DNA of 64,000 nucleotides, taken from the NCBI GenBank assembly GCA_005778115.1, contig SXKJ01000145.1, positions 13,916-77,915 of the forward strand. Reading direction: 5' to 3'. Under the pieces are notes generated by a model. It ran no database searches. It saw nothing but the letters and a program-made list of their open reading frames with translations, and was not told the origin of the DNA. This document shows, in pieces, positions 61,901 to 64,000 of this stretch. Numbering within the stretch: position 1 is the stretch's first letter; each line of letters opens with the position of its first letter. The stretch comes from Planctomyces sp. Its GTDB lineage: Bacteria; Planctomycetota; Planctomycetia; Planctomycetales; Planctomycetaceae. Position numbers and translations under genes: made by a program.

Positions 61901-64000
61901 AAGCCAGGACGTCACCGTCGTTCTCGGCTTCGGCGGCACGGCAACGAACGTCACGGATTACACGCGGTCAGGTTCTCAAATCGTGATCACCGCTGGCAAC
62001 ACCTCTGGTTCGATCACGCTAACCGCCGTTCAAGACACACGCGATCAAGCCAACGAGACGATCGTGGTAGACATCACGGAAGTGACCAACGGCACGGAAT
62101 CAGGCTCGCAACAAGTGACCGCCACCATCACGGACGACGACGCGCAGCCGACCGTCGCGCTGGACATCTCGGCGGCTATGCTGGCCGAAGCCGGCGGAAC
62201 ATCCACCGTCACGGCGACCTTGTCGGCCGCTTCCAGTTTTGACGTCACGGTCGAACTGGGCTTCGGCGGCTCGGCGACGATCGACTCGGACTACATACGC
62301 TCGAACACACAAATCGTCATCGCGGCCGGCAACACGACAGGTTCGATCACGTTGACGGCGGTGCAAGACACGTTTGGCGAAGAGAACGAGACCATTGCGG
62401 TCGAGATTCTCAGCGTGACGAACGGCACGGAGTCTGGCACGCAGGCGGTCACGGGCACGATTGTTTCCGACGATACCGAAGTTTCAGTCGAGGTCTCGCC
62501 GAGCAGTGTGATCGAGGACGGCGCTACGAACCTCGTTTACACCTTTACGCGATCTGGAATCACGACTGGCACGACGACCGTGAACCTCACACTTGGCGGA
62601 ACCGCCACGTTGACCACTGACTACGCTCAGACAGGAGCGACCACGTTCTCGACCAAGTCCAAGACGCTGGTGTTCACGGCCGGGCAGACGATCAAGTCGA
62701 TCACCATCAATCCCGTCACCGACACGACGATTGAAGCAGACGAGACCGTGATCCTTACCGTGAATCCGTCAGCCAGCTATTCGGTCGGCGCGTCGACTTC
62801 GGCCACCGGCACCATCACCAACGATGATTTTCCGAGCATCACCTTGGCCGCCTCGCCCGCCAGCGTAATGGAGAACGGCACCGCGAACATCGTTTACACA
62901 TTCACTCGCCCCGGTCCCACGACCAGTCCGTTGACGGTCAACTTCACCGTTGGCGGAACGGCGACGTTCGACACCGATTACTCGGCCAGCGGCGCGGCCT
63001 CCTTTTCCGCGACGACCGCCAGCGTGACCTTTGGCGTCGGACAGGCGTCCAAGACCGTCACGCTCGACCCCACTGGCGATACGACCGTCGAACCGAACGA
63101 AACGATCCTCCTCAACTTAGTGGCCGGAACCGGGTATATCGTGGGTACGCTGACTCCGGTCACGACGACCATCACCAACGATGACGCCGAAGTTTCGGTC
63201 GCAGTCGCTCCGGCCAGCGTAACCGAGGACGGCACTCCGAACTTGGTCTACACGTTCACTCGCGTCGGAGCGACGGCCAGCGCGTTGACGGTGAACTATA
63301 CGGTCAGTGGCAGCGCGACACTCACGACAGACTACGCTCAAACCGGCGCGGCGACATTCACCGCTTCCGCCGGAACCGTGTCAATCGCTGCGGGTCAGAC
63401 CACAAAGACGATCATCATCAATCCCGTCGCGGACACGCTGATCGAATCGGATGAGACCGTGATTCTGACGCTTGCGGCTGCGCCGACCTACTCGATCGGG
63501 ACCGCGAACGCCGCCACGGGAACAATCGCGAATGACGATCCGCGCGTGTCGCTCGCCGTCACACCCGCCAGCCTCTTGGAAAACGGAACGGGGAATGCCA
63601 CTTACACGTTCACGCGAACGGGACCAACAACCAATCTATTGACCGTGAGCTTCGACGTCGGCGGAACTGCCACGTTCAATTCCGACTATGCGACGAGCGG
63701 CGCAGCGTCGTTCTCGGAAACCACGGGCACCGTCACTTTCGCGGCGGGACAAGCCTCCAAAACCGTCATCGTCGATCCGACGAGTGACACGCAGGTCGAA
63801 GCGAATGAGACCGTCGTTTTGACTCTGGCAGCCGGAATGGATTATGTGATTGGTTCGCCTCTCGCGGCGATGGCCACGATTGCCAACGACGATGCGGAAG
63901 TCACGGTCTCCGTCTCACCCAGCAGCGTCGAGGAAGACGGAACAACGAATTTGATCTACACGTTCTCACGCGTCGGTCTGACAACGAGCGCGTTGACGGT
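58929..64000 (+). CDS. Giant secreted repeat protein, 5' part only: about 17-18 ELWxxDG repeats followed by at least 7 Calx-beta-like domains; runs off the window
   Basis: This ORF is not in the ORF track because it has no stop in the window. From the ATG at 58929, I read the frame as open to base 64000. The N-terminus is MVLRNWLNSVQRFL...VECLEGRALLSG. Repeats have the form G.ELWKSDGT.AGTVLVKDI. From about 61815, modules have the form TV.A.LS...DVTV.LGFGGTAT...DY.......I.AG.TSGSITLTAVQD......ETI.V....V.........TI.DDD. Confidence 0.85.
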   Translation, partial: MVLRNWLNSVQRFLPALSSQRRTRRRGLDRCGDRGSRNVRHAVECLEGRALLSGANLVVDINEELIDLSVGDGSSSGPSYLVEINGTLFFAAGNNETGRELWKSDGTTAGTVRVRDIFVGSGGSYPSELTNVGGTLLFTADDGIRGRALWKSDGTTAGTVLVKDFFFGLGLSGANFLVNVEGTLFFRTDNRFDGELWKSDGTESGTVQVKDINPGGSSSNPYPLASIGGTLFFSANDVTHGAELWKTDGTEAGTVLVKDINEGAGSGVFGFTDSAVVGSTLFFQANDGINGPELWKTDGTEAGTVLVKDIREGDGPTYLSYFTNVGGTLFFSAYDRVNGRELWKSDGSEAGTVLVKDIDAENPVFLGSNPQDLFNFGGTLFFSASDGFVGEELWKSDGTEAGTVLVKDIRPQIFGGEGSAPRGFTIHDGALFFSAGDGSNGVELWKTDGTESGTVLVDDIAPDGSAFPSELTSVGGTLLFRATDGSNGTELWKSNGTSNNELVKDINSSNFDSQSPFNLGSVASLGDTLIFSAADGVTFGGTLRRSDGTSGDTRRVRDAVDFPDAPNPFEERDLTTVGNLVYFSASSSIDGIGTGRELWVTDGTELGTVLVMNIAEEVESGGVILVFSSDPRSFTDVGGTAFFSASDGIHGRELWKASGSSGALLVKDINTENGTNAYASSSPDYLANVGGILFFAANDGINGTELWKSDGTEAGTVLVKDIIEGVNGSAPRELTNVNGTLFFVADDGINGEQLWKSDGTTAGTVLVKENRVEGFDYLFLRLSELTAVGDTLFFNADDGINGYELWKSDGTEAGTVLVRDINTGEGFYGDSRPSLLTAVGDTLYFVADDGIHGFELWKSNGTEAGTLLVEDIRVGEDPSLIQSLTNVGGTLYFRANDGITGDEVWKSDGTAGGTIIVADIGEEGGSNPQNFINVNGRLFFTATDNEFGNELRLFEPPEEEPIPSVTLSVAPETLAEAAGTTTVTATLSAASSQDVTVVLGFGGTATNVTDYTRSGSQIVITAGNTSGSITLTAVQDTRDQANETIVVDITEVTNGTESGSQQVTATITDDDAQPTVALDISAAMLAEAGGTSTVTATLSAASSFDVTVELGFGGSATIDSDYIRSNTQIVIAAGNTTGSITLTAVQDTFGEENETIAVEILSVTNGTESGTQAVTGTIVSDDTEVSVEVSPSSVIEDGATNLVYTFTRSGITTGTTTVNLTLGGTATLTTDYAQTGATTFSTKSKTLVFTAGQTIKSITINPVTDTTIEADETVILTVNPSASYSVGASTSATGTITNDDFPSITLAASPASVMENGTANIVYTFTRPGPTTSPLTVNFTVGGTATFDTDYSASGAASFSATTASVTFGVGQASKTVTLDPTGDTTVEPNETILLNLVAGTGYIVGTLTPVTTTITNDDAEVSVAVAPASVTEDGTPNLVYTFTRVGATASALTVNYTVSGSATLTTDYAQTGAATFTASAGTVSIAAGQTTKTIIINPVADTLIESDETVILTLAAAPTYSIGTANAATGTIANDDPRVSLAVTPASLLENGTGNATYTFTRTGPTTNLLTVSFDVGGTATFNSDYATSGAASFSETTGTVTFAAGQASKTVIVDPTSDTQVEANETVVLTLAAGMDYVIGSPLAAMATIANDDAEVTVSVSPSSVEEDGTTNLIYTFSRVGLTTSALT

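Overview
This is a 64-kb chromosomal segment that looks planctomycetal (Pirellulales-like). That call is an inference from gene content: a DUF1559 prepilin-like H-X9-DG protein, two PSCyt/DUF1549/DUF1553 proteins, two DUF1501 proteins, an ECF sigma factor next to a Ser/Thr kinase, and an ELWxxDG/Calx-beta giant protein. I found no rRNA, tRNA, CRISPR array, transposase or integrase. From 17.4 kb to the end, every convincing gene is on the + strand.

Gene content in order:
- hslU (3' part) and dgkA.
- A DUF1445 hydro-lyase and a MOSC protein, transcribed divergently.
- A minus-strand RND efflux operon (pump, adaptor, outer-membrane factor).
- A TusA-like / DsrE-like / TusA::MetE-like fusion cluster.
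- A DUF1559 protein.
- A minus-strand operon of sulfite-oxidase-like, DsbB-like and fatty-acid-hydroxylase genes.
- A CPBP protease and an alkaline phosphatase.
- A DUF1549/1553 + DUF1501 pair.
- About 16 kb of co-directional genes: an 805-aa and a 2671-aa secreted TPR/beta-module protein, ExbB, two ExbD paralogues, a small single-TM protein and a DUF4159 membrane protein.
- A Tat-signal unknown protein translationally coupled to a PSCyt/DUF1553 protein.
- An ECF sigma, a zinc-finger-like ORF, a Ser/Thr kinase and a 1000-aa polytopic membrane protein.
- An M48-like / alpha-beta-hydrolase fusion, a second DUF1501, mnmE and a TIGR03032-like protein.
- The 5' 5 kb of a giant ELWxxDG + Calx-beta protein. 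This ORF is missing from the ORF track because it has no stop codon inside the window.

Most interesting observations:
1. The ExbB/ExbD/ExbD cluster sits with two giant TPR proteins, and no TonB or TonB-dependent receptor is recognisable.
2. Several families of long palindromic repeats sit at gene ends. Five copies lie inside coding sequences without breaking the frame: two in the RND pump, two in the PSCyt/DUF1553 protein, and one in the kinase catalytic core.
3. Two genes carry a single in-frame TAG, and a third gene pair is split by one in-frame TAA.
4. Three cassettes of a small ORF plus a minimal nucleotidyltransferase are present. Two of them bracket the giant TPR gene.

All functional calls rest on motifs I recognised in the supplied translations. 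No database search was run.
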